Assembly: GCA_013239625.1 (NCBI GenBank) | Contig: MU053881.1 | Span: 1,302,001 to 1,366,000 of the forward strand | Origin: Lama guanicoe | Taxonomy: Eukaryota | DNA: 64,000 bases | Direction of reading: 5' to 3' | In this document: positions 1-12,313 of the stretch, one piece after another | Layout of the letters: each line of letters starts with the position of its first letter | How positions within the stretch are numbered: position 1 is the first letter of the stretch | Notes under the pieces: generated by a model | Seen by the model: the letters and a program-made list of their open reading frames with translations, nothing else | Told to the model about the DNA's origin: nothing | Databases searched by the model: none | Made by a program: the position numbers and the translations under genes

Positions 1-1203
1 AGAAACTTGTCCATCTCCTCTAGGTTACCCATTTTGGTTCCATACAGATTTTCATAATATTCTCGTATGATATTCTGTATTTCTATGTTATTTGTTGTAA
101 TTTCTCCATTTTCCTTTCTTATTTTGCTTATTTGTGCTCTCTCTTTTTTCTTCTTTGTGAGTTCGGCCAGAAGCTTGTCAATTTTATTTACTCTTTCAAA
201 AACCAGCTTTTGGTTTGATTGATTTTTTCTATTTTTTTAAATCTCTATTTTATTTATTTCTTCTCTGATCCTTATTATTTCCTTCCTTCTGCTGACTTTT
301 GGGGTTTTTTTTTTTTTTTTTTTTTTTTTTTCTTTTTTTGTTTTTTTTTTTTTTTTTGCTCTTCTTTTTCTAATTCTTTTAGCTGGTGGGTTAGATTGTT
401 TATATGAGATTGTTCTTCTTTTTTGAGGAAGGCCTGTATCACTATAAACTTCCCTCTTAGCACTGCCTTTGCTGCTATCCCATAAATTTTGTGTGATTGT
501 GTTTTCATTTTCATTTCTCTCAAGGTATTTTTTAAATTTTGACTTTGATTTCATCATTTATCCATTGATTTTTTTTTAATAGCATGTTGTTTAATCTCCA
601 TGCTTTCCTTTATTTCTCCTTTGTTTCTCTGTAGTTGATTTCTAGTTTCATGGCATTGTGGTCAGTAAAGATGCATGAGATAATTTCTATCTTCTTAAAA
701 TTGTTGAGATTTCTTTTGTGCCCATGTACATGATCAATCCTAGGAAACGTTCCATGTGCACTTGAAAAGAATGTATATCCTATTTTTTGGTGGTGTAATG
801 CTCTGAAAATATCCACCAAATCTAATTTTTCTATTGTATCATTTAATTTCTCTGTTGCCTTATTTATTTTCTGTCTGGAAGATTTGTCTAGTGATGTTAG
901 TGCGGTGTTAAAATCTCTGACAATGATTGTATTCCCATCCATTTCCCCCTTTATCTCTGTTAGTAACTGTTTTATGTACTTAGGTGCTTCTATATTGGGT
1001 GCTTATATATTAAGGAGTATGATATCCTCATCTTCTATTGCTCCTTTAATCATTATAAAATGTCCTTCTTAATCTTTCTTTATGGACTTTGTTTTAAAGT
1101 CTATTTTGTCTGAAATCAGTACTGCTACACCTGCTTTTTTGGCTTTTCCATTTGCATGGAATATCCTTTTCCATCCTTTCACTCTTAATCTATATGTATC
1201 CTT
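1..1203 (-). mobile_element. LINE-1 fragment (ORF2 endonuclease/linker region), frameshifted; 5'-truncated near 1203 and continuing off the left edge
   Basis: Minus-strand ORFs 610..942 (NTIIVRDFNTALTSLDKSSRQKINK...YTFFSSAHGTFPRIDH...IFTDHNAMKLEIN), 275..523 and 237..557 are L1 ORF2p segments in different frames. Confidence 0.95.
305..357. repeat. Poly-T tract inside the L1
   Basis: About 53 nt of T interrupted by one C and one G. Confidence 0.9.
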
Positions 1204-1562
1204 TATTTATAACTTCTTTATTTGACAGTGAGAAATCTTATTTCCATTATCTATAATTAATTTACTTATTGTTCAAGCCTAATATACATGTAAAGTAGTT
1301 TCAGAATTACTAACCTATCACCTTGTAAGAAACAAATTTACCAATTGCAGTTCAGTGATAATGTACAATTCCTTTGTCTTTAACCTTTTAATACTCAGTT
1401 AAAATACTGTTTTCCAAAGTTACTTAGGACAGCTCTTTTTCCCAGTCCTCTTCAGTGAGGTTACATCATATATTTGTAAAGCACTTAGATTCAATTGTCA
1501 GAGTCTGCATTTTGTCCTGGAATCCTTTGTCTTCCTGATTATTTTAGAAAAATACAGTTGCA

Positions 1563-1962
1563 TGTATGAGTGCATTTGTTTGCCAGGGCCACCATAACAA
1601 ATATTGCAGACGAGGTGACCCAAACAAGAGAAATTTATTTTATCACAGTTCTGGAGGTTAGAAGTCCATGATCAAGGTGTCAGCAGGGTTGGTTCCTTTC
1701 TGAGGCCTCTCTCCTTGGCTTGTAAATGGCCATATTCTCCTTTTGTTTTCACATGGCCTTTCCTCTGTGCATGCACTTATCTGTGTCCTAATCCTTTCTT
1801 ATAAGGACACCAGGCATATTTTATTAGGGCCCACCTATATGTCCTCATTTTACCTTAATTACCTCTGTAAAGCCCTTATGTCCAGATACACTCACATTCT
1901 GAGGTACTGGGGTTATGACTTTCAACATACGAATTTGGAGTGTGGGTACAGTTCAGCCCAGT
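1563..1962. mobile_element. ERVL-MaLR solo LTR (MLT1-like)
   Basis: Typical MLT1 segments: gaaatttattttatcacagttctggaggttagaagtcc...aaggtgtcagcagggttggttcc...cttataaggacaccag...cacattctgaggtactgggg. Confidence 0.85.
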
Positions 1963-2633
1963 CAGGCTCACTACTGGGGTTGTATATTCTGTAGGTTTTT
2001 GATAAATGCACTTTTATATTATGGCTTTGATCCATTTTCAGTTAATTTGGTATAAGGTAAGGGTCCAGTTTAATTCTTTGACATATGAATATACAGCCAT
2101 CATTTGTTGAAAAAAACTGTTCTTTCCTCATTCAGTGATCTTGGAACCCATGTAAAAAATCAGTTGACTGTAGGCGGGTTCTGAAGGGCACGAAAGACCA
2201 GCCTTGTTTTGGCTGCTGCCCCATGGCAGCCCATGTGGGTCTGATGGGGGCGAGGAGTCTCATAGGAAACATGCAAGGTACTGAGAGGCAGTGGCCCAGG
2301 AGAGAATGCAGGAGGCAAAACATTTAAAAAACAAAAATCAATTGACTACATGTATAAGGGTTTATTTCTGGTACTCTATTTTACTCCGTTGATCTGTGTG
2401 TCTGTCCTTTTGCCAGTATGACGCTGTGTTGTAGCTTTGTAGTGACTTTGAAATGAGGAAGAGTGAGTACTCCAACTTGGCTCTCCAGGGTCCCTTACAA
2501 TTCCATGTGAATTTGAGAGTGAATTTATGTGAATTAGCTTTTATATTTGTGCAAGGAAAAAATTCTGCTATTGGAATTTTGATAAATAATGTTTTGTAGA
2601 TTGCTTTGGTAGTATTTTTTTCTTAATGATACT

Positions 2634-3280
2634 GTTACCAAGTTGAAGTTCTTGCTGCTCACCCTACAAAAGGCCAGTAAATCAAGAGACAGAGTGCTGG
2701 GGTGACTTTATTTGGAAAGTCAGCAGACTGAGAAGATGGTGAGCTGGTGTCCAAAGAACCATCTTACCTGAGTTTGAATCATCGAGAACACCAAGCTTGA
2801 TTTGCAGAGAGTGCCAGAGAGACTGTGGATACAGAACAACTGGCTGAGAGCCCCTTCCACTGAGCATCACACAGGCTCACTGAGAGGCTAGGAAATTTAA
2901 AAAAAGAAAAAAATCAATGAAGGCAAAAAGTTGGTTCTTTGAAAAGATCAACAGAATTGACAATGTAACCAAACCAGGGGCTCACTGCCTGCTGGGCAGT
3001 GGAAAGACCAAGTACCCAGGCAGTGGTCCTTTGCAGAAAGAAAATACTTCATTGTAGGGCTGCCAAACAGAGAGACAAGAGGCAATGCTCAGATCTGTCT
3101 CCTTGATTGACTATTGAGTAGAATCTTTATAGTGGAAGCAGAAGGTAAAAAGATTTGTAAGTTTCAGGAGTTCTCTGCACAGGCTTGGCTGTCCTTCATG
3201 CCTCTTCATGGGTCTCATGTGTAATTTCTGGGGGTTCTGTATGTTGCATGCAGTGGATTTTCAGCCTGTGGTGTCTGCTG
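2634..3280. mobile_element. ERV LTR fragments (about 2634-2780 and 2964-3280) nested among L1 pieces
   Basis: TG-starting segments (tgttacc..., tgtaacc...) of LTR-like composition interrupt L1 sequence; family not assigned. Confidence 0.5.
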
Positions 3281-4044
3281 GGTCAGATGTAGTTCTATTT
3301 TTAATTTTTTGAGAAAACTCCCTATTGTTTTCCTTGATGGATGAACCAATTTACATTCTCACCAACAGTGAACAGGTGTTCCGTTATTTTTGCATCCTCT
3401 TTAACAGTTGATATTGCTTGTCTTCTTCATGATAGCATTCTAACAAGTATGAGATGATATCTCATTGTGGCTTTGATTTCTCTTTCCCTGATGATTGGTG
3501 CTTTTGACCATCCTTTCATGTACCTGTTTACCATTTGGATGTCTTCCTTGGAAAAATATCTTTTTTGTTCCTTTGCCCATTTAAAAAATTGTGTTGTTTT
3601 TTTGGTATTGAGCTGTATGAATTCTTTATGTATTTTGTGCACTAACCCTTTATCTGATGTATGGTTTGCAAATATGTTCTCCCGTTCAGAAGGTTGCCAT
3701 TTTTAAATTGAAGTATAGTTTATTTACAATATTATGTTAGTTTCAGGTGTGCAGCAAAGTGATTCAGTTATGTGTGTGTGTGTATTTTATATATATTTTT
3801 TCCTGATTCTTTTCCATTATAGGTTATTACAGGATATTAAATATAGTTCCCTGAGTTATACAGTAAATCTTTGTTGTTTATTTTGTATATAGTAGTGTGT
3901 ATCTGTTAATCCCATACTACTAATTTATCCCTTACCCCTCTTTCCCCTTTGTCAACCATAAGCTTGTTTTCTTTGTCTGTGAGTCTGTTTACATTTTTTA
4001 AATAAATTCATTTGTATTATTTTTTAGATTCCACATATAATATA

Positions 4045-4076
4045 ATACAATACAATACAATACAATACAATACAAT
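4045..4076. repeat. (AATAC)n microsatellite
   Basis: Tandem pentamers seen directly. Confidence 0.85.
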
Positions 4077-4172
4077 ATAATATATACTTGTCTTTGGCTT
4101 ACTTCACTCACTATGATAATCTCTAGGTCCATCCATGTTGCTGCAAATGGCAGTATTTCATTCCTTTTTATG

Positions 4173-4203
<31 letters not shown>

Positions 4204-4214
4204 TGTGTGTGTGT
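4173..4214. repeat. (TG)n microsatellite
   Basis: Dinucleotide run with one interruption. Confidence 0.9.
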
Positions 4215-7063
4215 ATACACACCACGTCTTCTTTATCCAGTCATCTGTTGATGGTCACTTAGGTCGCTTCCATGTCTTGGCTATTATAAACAGTGCTGCT
4301 ATGAACATTGGGCTGCATGTATCTTTTTGAATTAGAGTTTTTGTCTTTTCTGGATATGTGCCCAGGAGTGGGATTGCTGGATCATACAGTAACTCTATTT
4401 TTAGTTTTTTAAGGACTCTCCATACTGTTTTCCACAGTGGCTGCACCAGTTTACATTCCCACCAACAGTGTAGGAGGGTTCCCTTTTCTCTGTACCCTCT
4501 CCAGCATTTATTATTTGTAGACTTTTTAATGATGGCCATTCTGGTCAGTCTGAGGTTATATCTCATTGTAGTTTTGATTTGCATTCCTCTAATAATTAGA
4601 AATGTCTAGCATCTTTTCATGTACCTTTTAGCCATCTGTATGTCTTCTTTGGAGAAATGTCTATTTAAGTGTTTGCCCATTTTTTGATTGGGTTGTTTAT
4701 TTATTTATTTTTTTGGATGAAGTTTGCTTTTTCCATTTTTGGATTTTTTTTTCTTTTGCTCTTTAGTTTGATGTAGTCCCACTTGTTGATTTTTGCTCAG
4801 GATGCTTGTGCTTTTGGTGTCATTATACAAAAAATAATCATTGCCGAGATGGATGTCAGGGACCTTCTTCCTTATGTTTTCTTCTAGGAGTTTTATGGTA
4901 TCAAGTCTTATGTTTAAGTCTTTAACCCACTTTGAGTTACTTTTTGTGAGTGGTTAAGATAAGGGTCCAATTTTATTTCTAAGCATGTGAATATCCAGTT
5001 TTCCCAGCACCATCTGTTGAAGAGGCAGTCTTTTTCTCCATTGAGTATTCTTGGCTTCCTGGTCAAATATTAGTTGACTCTATGTACATTGGTTTTCTAC
5101 TGTGCTCTCAATTCTGTTCCATTGGTCTACATGTCTTTTTCTTTTTTTGCCAGTGCAATGTTGGTTTGATTTCTAAGTGCCTTTTATTTCTTTATCTTGC
5201 ATGATTGCTCTATTTAGAACTTCCAGTACTATCTTGAGTAAGAGTGGTGAGAGTGAGCACCCTTGTCGTATTTCTGATCGTAGAGGAAAAGCTTTTGGTC
5301 TTTCCCTGTTGAGTATATAATTACATGTGAGTTTGCTGTATGTGGCCTTTATTATGTTGTGGCATGTTTCTTCAATATCCTGTTTGTTGAGGGTTTTTTT
5401 AATCATGAAAGGATGTTGTATTTTGTCAAATGCACTTTTTTTCCCATTTATTGAGATGATCATATTATTTTTACCTTTTACACTATTAGTATAATGTATC
5501 ATGTTTATTGATTAGTGTGTTGAACCATCCTTGCATCCCAGGGATAAATCTAACTTGGTTGTGGGTGTATGATCCTTTTAATACGTTGTTGAATTCAGTT
5601 TGCTAATATCTTCTTGACAAATTTTGCATCTGTTGTCACCAGGGATATTGGTCTATACCTTACTCTTTAGTAGTGTCCTTATCTGGCTTTGGTATCAGGG
5701 TAATACTGGCCTTGCAAAATGAGTTTGAAAGTGTTCCTTCTTCTGCAGTTTTGGGGAAGAGTTTGAGAAGGAATGGCATTAATTTTTATTTGAAAGAATT
5801 CACCCATGAAGCCATCCAATCTTGTGTTTTCTGTGTGGGGAGGTTTTTGATTACTGATTCAGTCTCCTTATTTGTTATTGGTCTATTCACATTTTCTGTT
5901 TCTTCTGATACGGTCTTGTTAGGTTGTATGTTTCTAGAAATTTATCTATTTCTTCTAGGTTATCCAATTTTTTGGCATATGGTTGTTCATTGTAGTGTCT
6001 TATGATTCTGTGTATTTCTGTGATATCAATTGTAATGTCTCCTCTTTCATTTATGATTTTATTTATTTGAGTTGTCTCTCTTTTTTTCTTAGTCTATCTA
6101 TAGTTTTGTCAATTTTGTTTATCTTTTTGAAAATCATTTCTTAGTTTTATTGATTTTTTTCTATTGTTTCACTTGTTTGTGTTTCATTTATTTCCACTCT
6201 GATCTTTCTCTTCCCCTTCCTTCTACTAACTTTGGGCTTAGTTTGTTCTTCTTTTTCTAGTCCATCAAGGCATAGAGTTAGATTGTTTATTTCAGATCTT
6301 CCTCATTTCTTAGTATATGCATTTATTGCTATGAATTTTCCTTTCAGAACTGCTTTTGCAGCATCCCGTAGGTTTTGGTATGTTGTGTTTCCAATTTCAT
6401 TTGTTTTGATGTGTTGTTTTACTTAGCTTTTGATTTATTTTTAAACCCATTGGCTATTCAGGAGTGTGTTGTATAATTTCCACGAGGCTGGAGCACATCC
6501 ACACGAGCTGCCAGTCCCCCACAGAGCTGGGGAGTGATGATGCTGCAATACTGCAAAACACTGGCAGTTATGATGGGAGGACCTAATGTGAAAAGATGGC
6601 AGACAGTGTTCCCCAGGTGTTACACTGGGATATGTAACCAGCAAGTGAGAAAGACCACAGGTGAACTTTATTGGCCTGTTGATGTGGTGCTCGGTTCTAG
6701 GTGCAAACCTCTTCAAGACTATTCTGGTTTCTGGCCCCAGGAAAATGTAAGGAAACTCTGTTCCCAGCCTCACCATCCCCACTGACCAGCCCGTGTGTGT
6801 ACAGCTGCCCCTCTGCTTTGGCTTCACTGTGCATCTGTAAAGAGAAGGCTTTGTTTCAGACAGACCCCACAGCCCCTTTGGTCAGGGCTTCACTGTTTCA
6901 GGGTGTCATTGTGTGATACCTGGTGTGCCAAACCTCATGTGGCCCTTGTCCCAGTGGGGTTACAAGTGAGCCCAGAAGGACAACTCATAGTTTGTGTTGT
7001 CACCATGCTTTGTATTGTGGGATTTGATCTGTACTTTGTACTGTGGGATTTGAGTCTGAATTC

Positions 7064-7204
7064 TTTTTTTTTTAACATTTTTTATTGATTTAGAATCATT
7101 TTACAACGTTGTGTCAAATTCCAGTGTAGAGCACAATTTTTCAGTTATACATGAACATATATATATTCATTGTCACATTTTTTCTCTATGAGCTACCATA
7201 ATTC
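7064..7204 (-). mobile_element. Short 5'-truncated young L1 3' end with TSD
   Basis: Poly-T followed by L1 3'UTR; exact 13-bp TSD agtctgaattctt at 7053-7065 and 7205-7217. Same family as the insertion at 20482-20805. Confidence 0.88.
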
Positions 7205-8869
7205 AGTCTGAATTCTTAAGAGACATCTGCAGTTGCTTTCATGCAACAAAAATAACCTCACATCCTTCTTGGCAAATGTATCCACAAAGTAGGGGCAGGT
7301 TCATGCCTACGTATCACTTGTATCTCACACTTAGAAATCATGATGAGCCTGAACCTGTGGTTTTTGACTAGAAGCATGAAAAGCCTGACGTTTAGTGTGA
7401 GTAAAAAATGGGTTTGGCAGTACACTGAGTCCCTCTGTGTGGCTCACATGAAAAGTTAGCCTAGGTAGCCAGATTTATTAGGAGTCAGAGTTCATCGGTT
7501 GGACACCACCAGCTTTCAGGTGACAAAGGGCCAATACTGAGAACAAAGCCACCTGGGGAAGGCTGATTGACAGTGTGGTAGATAAAGTCCCTCTAAAGCT
7601 TAGCTTTCTGCCCTCAAGCACAGGAGACAAGATGTTACAGGCAGGATAGTAAGAGTCTCTACAAGGTTGCAACCACCAGGGACTAGCAGGAAGGGCTGCC
7701 GCAGCTCACAGGAGACAGTGCAGGGCTCTCCTGCTCACACCCCTTGACTGGTGCGGCCTTGGGACAGACACTTGAAGAACAAATTAGAAGGATGTGAAAC
7801 TTGAAAATATCTCCAATGGCCGTGACATGCAGCCATCCCTGCTCCCTCCGGGGAGAGCGGCGTCTGGGGAAATATGTTGGGAAGAGGGATGAGCCTCTGT
7901 TGCAACATGCAGTGAGATGAAGTCTAACTCCCCGCTCCCGGCCCCCGAGGCATTTTAATTGGCTCACAAAGCGCTGTCCCCTATGGGCTAATTAGTACTA
8001 GACGGAACTTGCCTATGGGAGTGTGAGGCCAGTGCCTTTGGGGACCCTCAGCTGCAGGGAGGAGGCTCCTGGCACAACCCTGGTCTCTGCTAACTCAGGT
8101 CCTGGGGGGTGAATTCCCAGACACAATCCTGATTTTCTGGCTGATCTCAGAGGGGCGCTCTGCCAGCCTGGCGCTGCTCTGCTTCTAGGGGGAGAGGGCA
8201 CTAGAGGCCTCACATGAAGCTGAGCTTTAAGTTATGACCAGTTCATGTCCTGTGAGAATCTCACACGCAGAAAACCACAGCAAAGGCTGATCCTACCTGG
8301 GCCCCGCGAGTAAACTCCTTTCCCTGTCTGCCCCTCAGTTCCCTGCGTAGTTGACCCACGAGAAGTGAGGCAGGGAGCCAGTGATGCTGCCTAGAAGGTG
8401 GTCCCCAGAAGAAGGAGGATTAAAGACTTGAGGCTCTGGTAGAATTAAACAGCATATAGCCTCTCACACCACGCCAGCCCGAGCAAGACAGAGGCCTTTC
8501 CTCTTTCTGCTCACACCCTCCTGCTAAGATTTCTTTTCCCCGTCCGACAGGACCTTCTGACTGGTGAATGACGACTTCTCCCCTGGGATGAATCAGTAAG
8601 GAGCATGTGGGTAGAGAATGATTTTCCCTTTGACTTTGTACTCTATAGTCAGTCGACTGATTTCTCTCTGTCCTCATCCTCCTTCTCACAACCAGCTGTT
8701 GACTGAGAGTTGAGGGAGAGAGGGACTGAGCAGTCAAACTATACCCCAAACACGGCTCTTTTCATTCAACCCTGCTGCCTCTTTGGATCCCTGAATTCAG
8801 TGGAATCTTCCCGTGTTCTGGAGTAACCCTGTCAGTACTCTAGTTCCCTTGATTTGGAATTTCGCCCCT

Positions 8870-9441
8870 TTGGATTCAGGGTCTCCCGGCCCCGGTGCAG
8901 ACATGGCCAAGTCGAAGAGCCACGCCACACACAACCAGTCCCGAAAATGGCACAGAAACGGCATCAAAAAACCCCGATCACAACGATACGAATCTCGTAA
9001 GGGGGAGGACCCCAGCTTCCTGAGGAACATGCGCTTTGCCAGGAAGCACAGCAAGAAGGGCCTGAGAAGGTGCCCAGGCCACGAGCGCGTGCGCTGAGGC
9101 TGCCAGGGCTCTCGTAAAGCCCGAGGGGGCCAAGCCCAGGGTCCTGGGGCAACAGCTCGAGCTCCGTCGACTCGCCTGCACCGCTCACCCCAAGCTCGGG
9201 AAACGTGCTCCTGCCCGCGTCGCCGAGGGGCTCAGGCCCTGTCGGCCAAAGGCCAAGGCCAACGGTCAGACCAAGGCCGCAGCTCCAGCTCAGGCTTGGG
9301 CCCCCACAGAGGCTCCAGAGTAGAGGCCTTCATCTGCTGATGTGAGGCTAGAAGGACTGGTGTGACCCCTGGGCTGCATGGGGCTCGTGTCCACCTGCGC
9401 TGTTTGTACAAATAAACCTGAGGCAGGGAACAAGAAAAAAA
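8870..9441 (+). pseudogene. RPL29: Processed pseudogene of ribosomal protein L29
   Basis: ATG at 8903 gives [54 protein letters not shown], then a deletion/frameshift and stop at 9097. Intronless; AATAAA at 9411-9416; A-rich tail; degenerate TSD aatttcRccYct at 8858-8869 and 9442-9453. Confidence 0.95.
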
Positions 9442-11374
9442 AATTTCACCTCTCTGATTTTTTTGTGTCTAGAAATGTTCACTTCCCCCTCTTTCCATTA
9501 GGCTCGCCTACCACGTCAGCGATGGTTTTTCAATCATGATTATTAGGGTGAACAGAAGCCCTACCGAGTGCTCCAGGGGATGTGCCCACGCATAAGCTGT
9601 GGTGCTTTCTCAGAACGGATGTGTAGCGTCACAACCGGCTGAGGCACGTATGCAGTTACGCGTAACACAAGGAGGAATATGATGAGACCAGAATGAGTCC
9701 TGTAACGTTAAGCGCCAGCCTTAGTCCATTTTATTATACCTCAAACATCGGCGCTAAACTACTTCTAAAAGAACCTTACAGTTCCGGACACTGCGTCAAG
9801 TTTATCACATATTTATTATCACCGGCGCCAACATACACGTGGGAGTTCATGTACTACATCTAAGGACTACACTGTGTGCTCAGTACACGTGTGTGGAATG
9901 TGCTCAGCAAAGGGGTTAAGGGAAACGCACAGTTATCACAGTCTTAAAAAATCAAGGGGGTCTTTCAGCAGAGAATGAAAGAAGGAAAGAGAAGAGAATT
10001 AGGAGCGACAAGTCACGGAATGGATAAATATGTGCGTGGATAACCTATAACGTTATAAACAAACCTCAAGGCCAGATCGTGTTAGGCATTGTACTTGTAG
10101 GTAACATTTGGATTTATCCTGGCCTCTTTGATGTTTCTATAAGGGTTGGCAGACAGGATACAATCAGTGCTTTGGGAGCATTGAACTGATCCTGTGTGCA
10201 AGACAGATGTGTAGGGAGGGCAGGAGGCAGTCAGGTCCAACATAAGGCAGCTGCTATGGTCAAGGTAAGAGCTGGTCAGTGTGGGGACCAAGTCAGAAAG
10301 GAGCTGAGGGTGAGGGCGATGAGTACTGATCACCTACGAGAGTAGAGAAGACTGAGGAGGGAGAGAGGGCCGGTGAGGGGAGGGGCACTGAAGGCTGAGC
10401 CCCGGAGATTTAGGTGAGTGCTCGCTAGACCCCAGCAAAGCAGAGGTGGAAGCTGGCCTTGGGGGGCTCTCAGCCCTCAGATGTGAACTGGGGGAAGATG
10501 CTAGGACTCCTGGAAACCCGGCCTGTGGATGGGAACAGACGCAGGACTTGGAGTCAGAAGTCCTGGATTCCAAGCCGAATCTTGTAATTCATTCATGTTT
10601 TCATGTCCCTGCAATGCTGTGGTAACACTGGACGCTTGGCACCGAGGGAGTCTGTGCATCTCTTAGCCCGTCTAAGCTTGAGGGGATGCCATGATTTCTG
10701 TGAGGACGTCTGTCTGCTCTCTGAAGCTCCCTGGAACTCGTCCCTGATACCCATCCCCAACGACTGTGCTGGGCAGTACAGCACCAAGAGGCGAGATTGG
10801 TGGTGGAGGAGAGGAATCGTGTAGGGGTAGGTTCTGAGCTGTGAGAGGTAGGGGGAGGAAATTCAGTCTGGAACAGAGGAGAAATTACCTACTTCAGCAA
10901 TGACCAAAGACTGTGAATGTAACAGGATCATTTGATAACTCATAACCGCTAGTTGTACAGCTCCCTGTGCCTTAGTAAATTGGGGATAATTTAGTATCTC
11001 CTAATGTGAGGCCACAGAGGTCAGTTGACACTGAGGAGAAGCAGCCCCCAAATTCTCTGAGATTCCCAGATCTTTGCAGTGGCCATTGTCTTACAGCGTT
11101 GCGGGACCCATTCCCTCAGAATATATCCAAGGATGTCTTGTGATTTTTTGTTGTTGTTGTCTGTAAAGCAAGTGTTTTAGAATTACACCTTTTTATAGAT
11201 AGTGAATTAATGGTTTTATGACTTATGAGCACCTACCAGCCTCATATTTCAAAGCATGACTGTAATCACATATCATCAATCAGAGGAGTAGTCATGGGTG
11301 AGATTGAAGCTGAGGGACTCAGTCTCTCTGATTGTAAAATGAAAAAAGTCTGATATTCAAGAATCCTCTCATCT

Positions 11375-12313
11375 CTAAAATTTTCTACTTCTGGAATCAG
11401 AGATTAGTGTCCTTAAAGCTCCCTTCATGTCACGATTTCTCAGGCTGTAGATGAAGGGGTTCACCAGGGGAGTGACCACCGTGAAGAGGACAGTGGCCAC
11501 CGAGTCTTGCACTGAGTAGGAGGACGAAGGGTGCGTATAGACCCCCAGGATTGCCCCATAGAAGAGGGAGACCACGGTGAGGCGGGACCCACACGTGGAC
11601 AGGGCTTTCCTTATTCCCTGAACAGATGGGCACTTTAATACGTTAGAGGAGATGTAGGCACATGAAATGATGATACATGTAAATGGTGTCAGAAATATCA
11701 GCCCGCCCACAGTGAATACCATCAGGTCATTGATAGAGGTATTAGAACAAGAGAGCTTCAGAACTGCATAGGGGTCACAGAAAAAGTGATGCACGGCATT
11801 GCTGGAACAAAACGTGAGCTGGACCATGAGAAGAGTGTGTAGGAGAGCGTGCAGGTTTGTAATGAGCCAAGATGCAGCCACCAGAAGGACACAGAGTTCG
11901 GGCCTCATGATCGTGGTGTAGTGGAGGGGGCGGCAGATGGCCGTGTAGCGGTCATAGGCCATCACACTCAGGAGGAAGCCATCCATGTTGATGAAAGTGA
12001 TGAAGAAGTAGATCTGGGCCATGCAGTCCACGTAGGAGATAGACTTGTTTCCCAGTAAGTGATTCAGCAGCATCTTGGGGATTGTGACGGATGAAAAGCA
12101 GATGTCGACACAGGAGAGGTTGGCCAAGAAGAAATACATGGGCGTATGGAGGTGACTGTCACAGGTGATGGCCAAGACGATGAGAAAGTTCCCGACGATG
12201 GTGACCAGGTACATCCACAGGAACAGCCCGAAGAGAAGCTCTTCCTGCCCTGACTGGCCAGAGAGTCCCAGGAGGAGGAATCCTGTGACTGTAGTCTGGT
12301 TGTCTCCGCCCAT
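11375..12313 (-). CDS. Olfactory receptor, class II, family 1 (possibly OR1X-like), 312 aa, single coding exon
   Basis: Open ORF with OR motifs: N-glycan site NQT, GN, LHTPMYFFLANLS, MAYDRYTAICRPLHY, HHFFCD, KALSTCGS, PLVNPFIYSLRN. A splice acceptor lies 2 nt before the ATG. Confidence 0.95.
   Translation of the reverse strand: MGGDNQTTVTGFLLLGLSGQSGQEELLFGLFLWMYLVTIVGNFLIVLAITCDSHLHTPMYFFLANLSCVDICFSSVTIPKMLLNHLLGNKSISYVDCMAQIYFFITFINMDGFLLSVMAYDRYTAICRPLHYTTIMRPELCVLLVAASWLITNLHALLHTLLMVQLTFCSSNAVHHFFCDPYAVLKLSCSNTSINDLMVFTVGGLIFLTPFTCIIISCAYISSNVLKCPSVQGIRKALSTCGSRLTVVSLFYGAILGVYTHPSSSYSVQDSVATVLFTVVTPLVNPFIYSLRNRDMKGALRTLISDSRSRKF

Larger units (their letters stand above)
3281..6482 (-). 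mobile_element. Nested LINE-1 fragments; an artiodactyl-type L1 3' end plus ORF2 C-terminus (about 3703-4720) sits inside an older L1
   Basis: ORFs 4255..4584 (MQIKTTMRY...[16 protein letters not shown]...YDPAIPLLG), 3427..3642, 3998..4225 (KRNEILPFAATWMDLE) and 5173..5502 ([10 protein letters not shown]...[20 protein letters not shown] domain). Confidence 0.93.

Noticed and set aside
6483..7050. Possible OR pseudogene (minus strand: KFTCGLSHLLV, SVLQYCSIITP) or Gypsy-like pol remnant (plus strand: ELYWP, QGVIV)
   Set aside because: Only short scattered resemblances; no NPxIY or MAYDRY and no consistent pol motif order. A tblastn or HMM search would be needed.
8813..9097. N-terminally extended RPL29 ORF (94 aa)
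   Set aside because: GTG start in flanking DNA; the RPL29 part is frameshifted and truncated.
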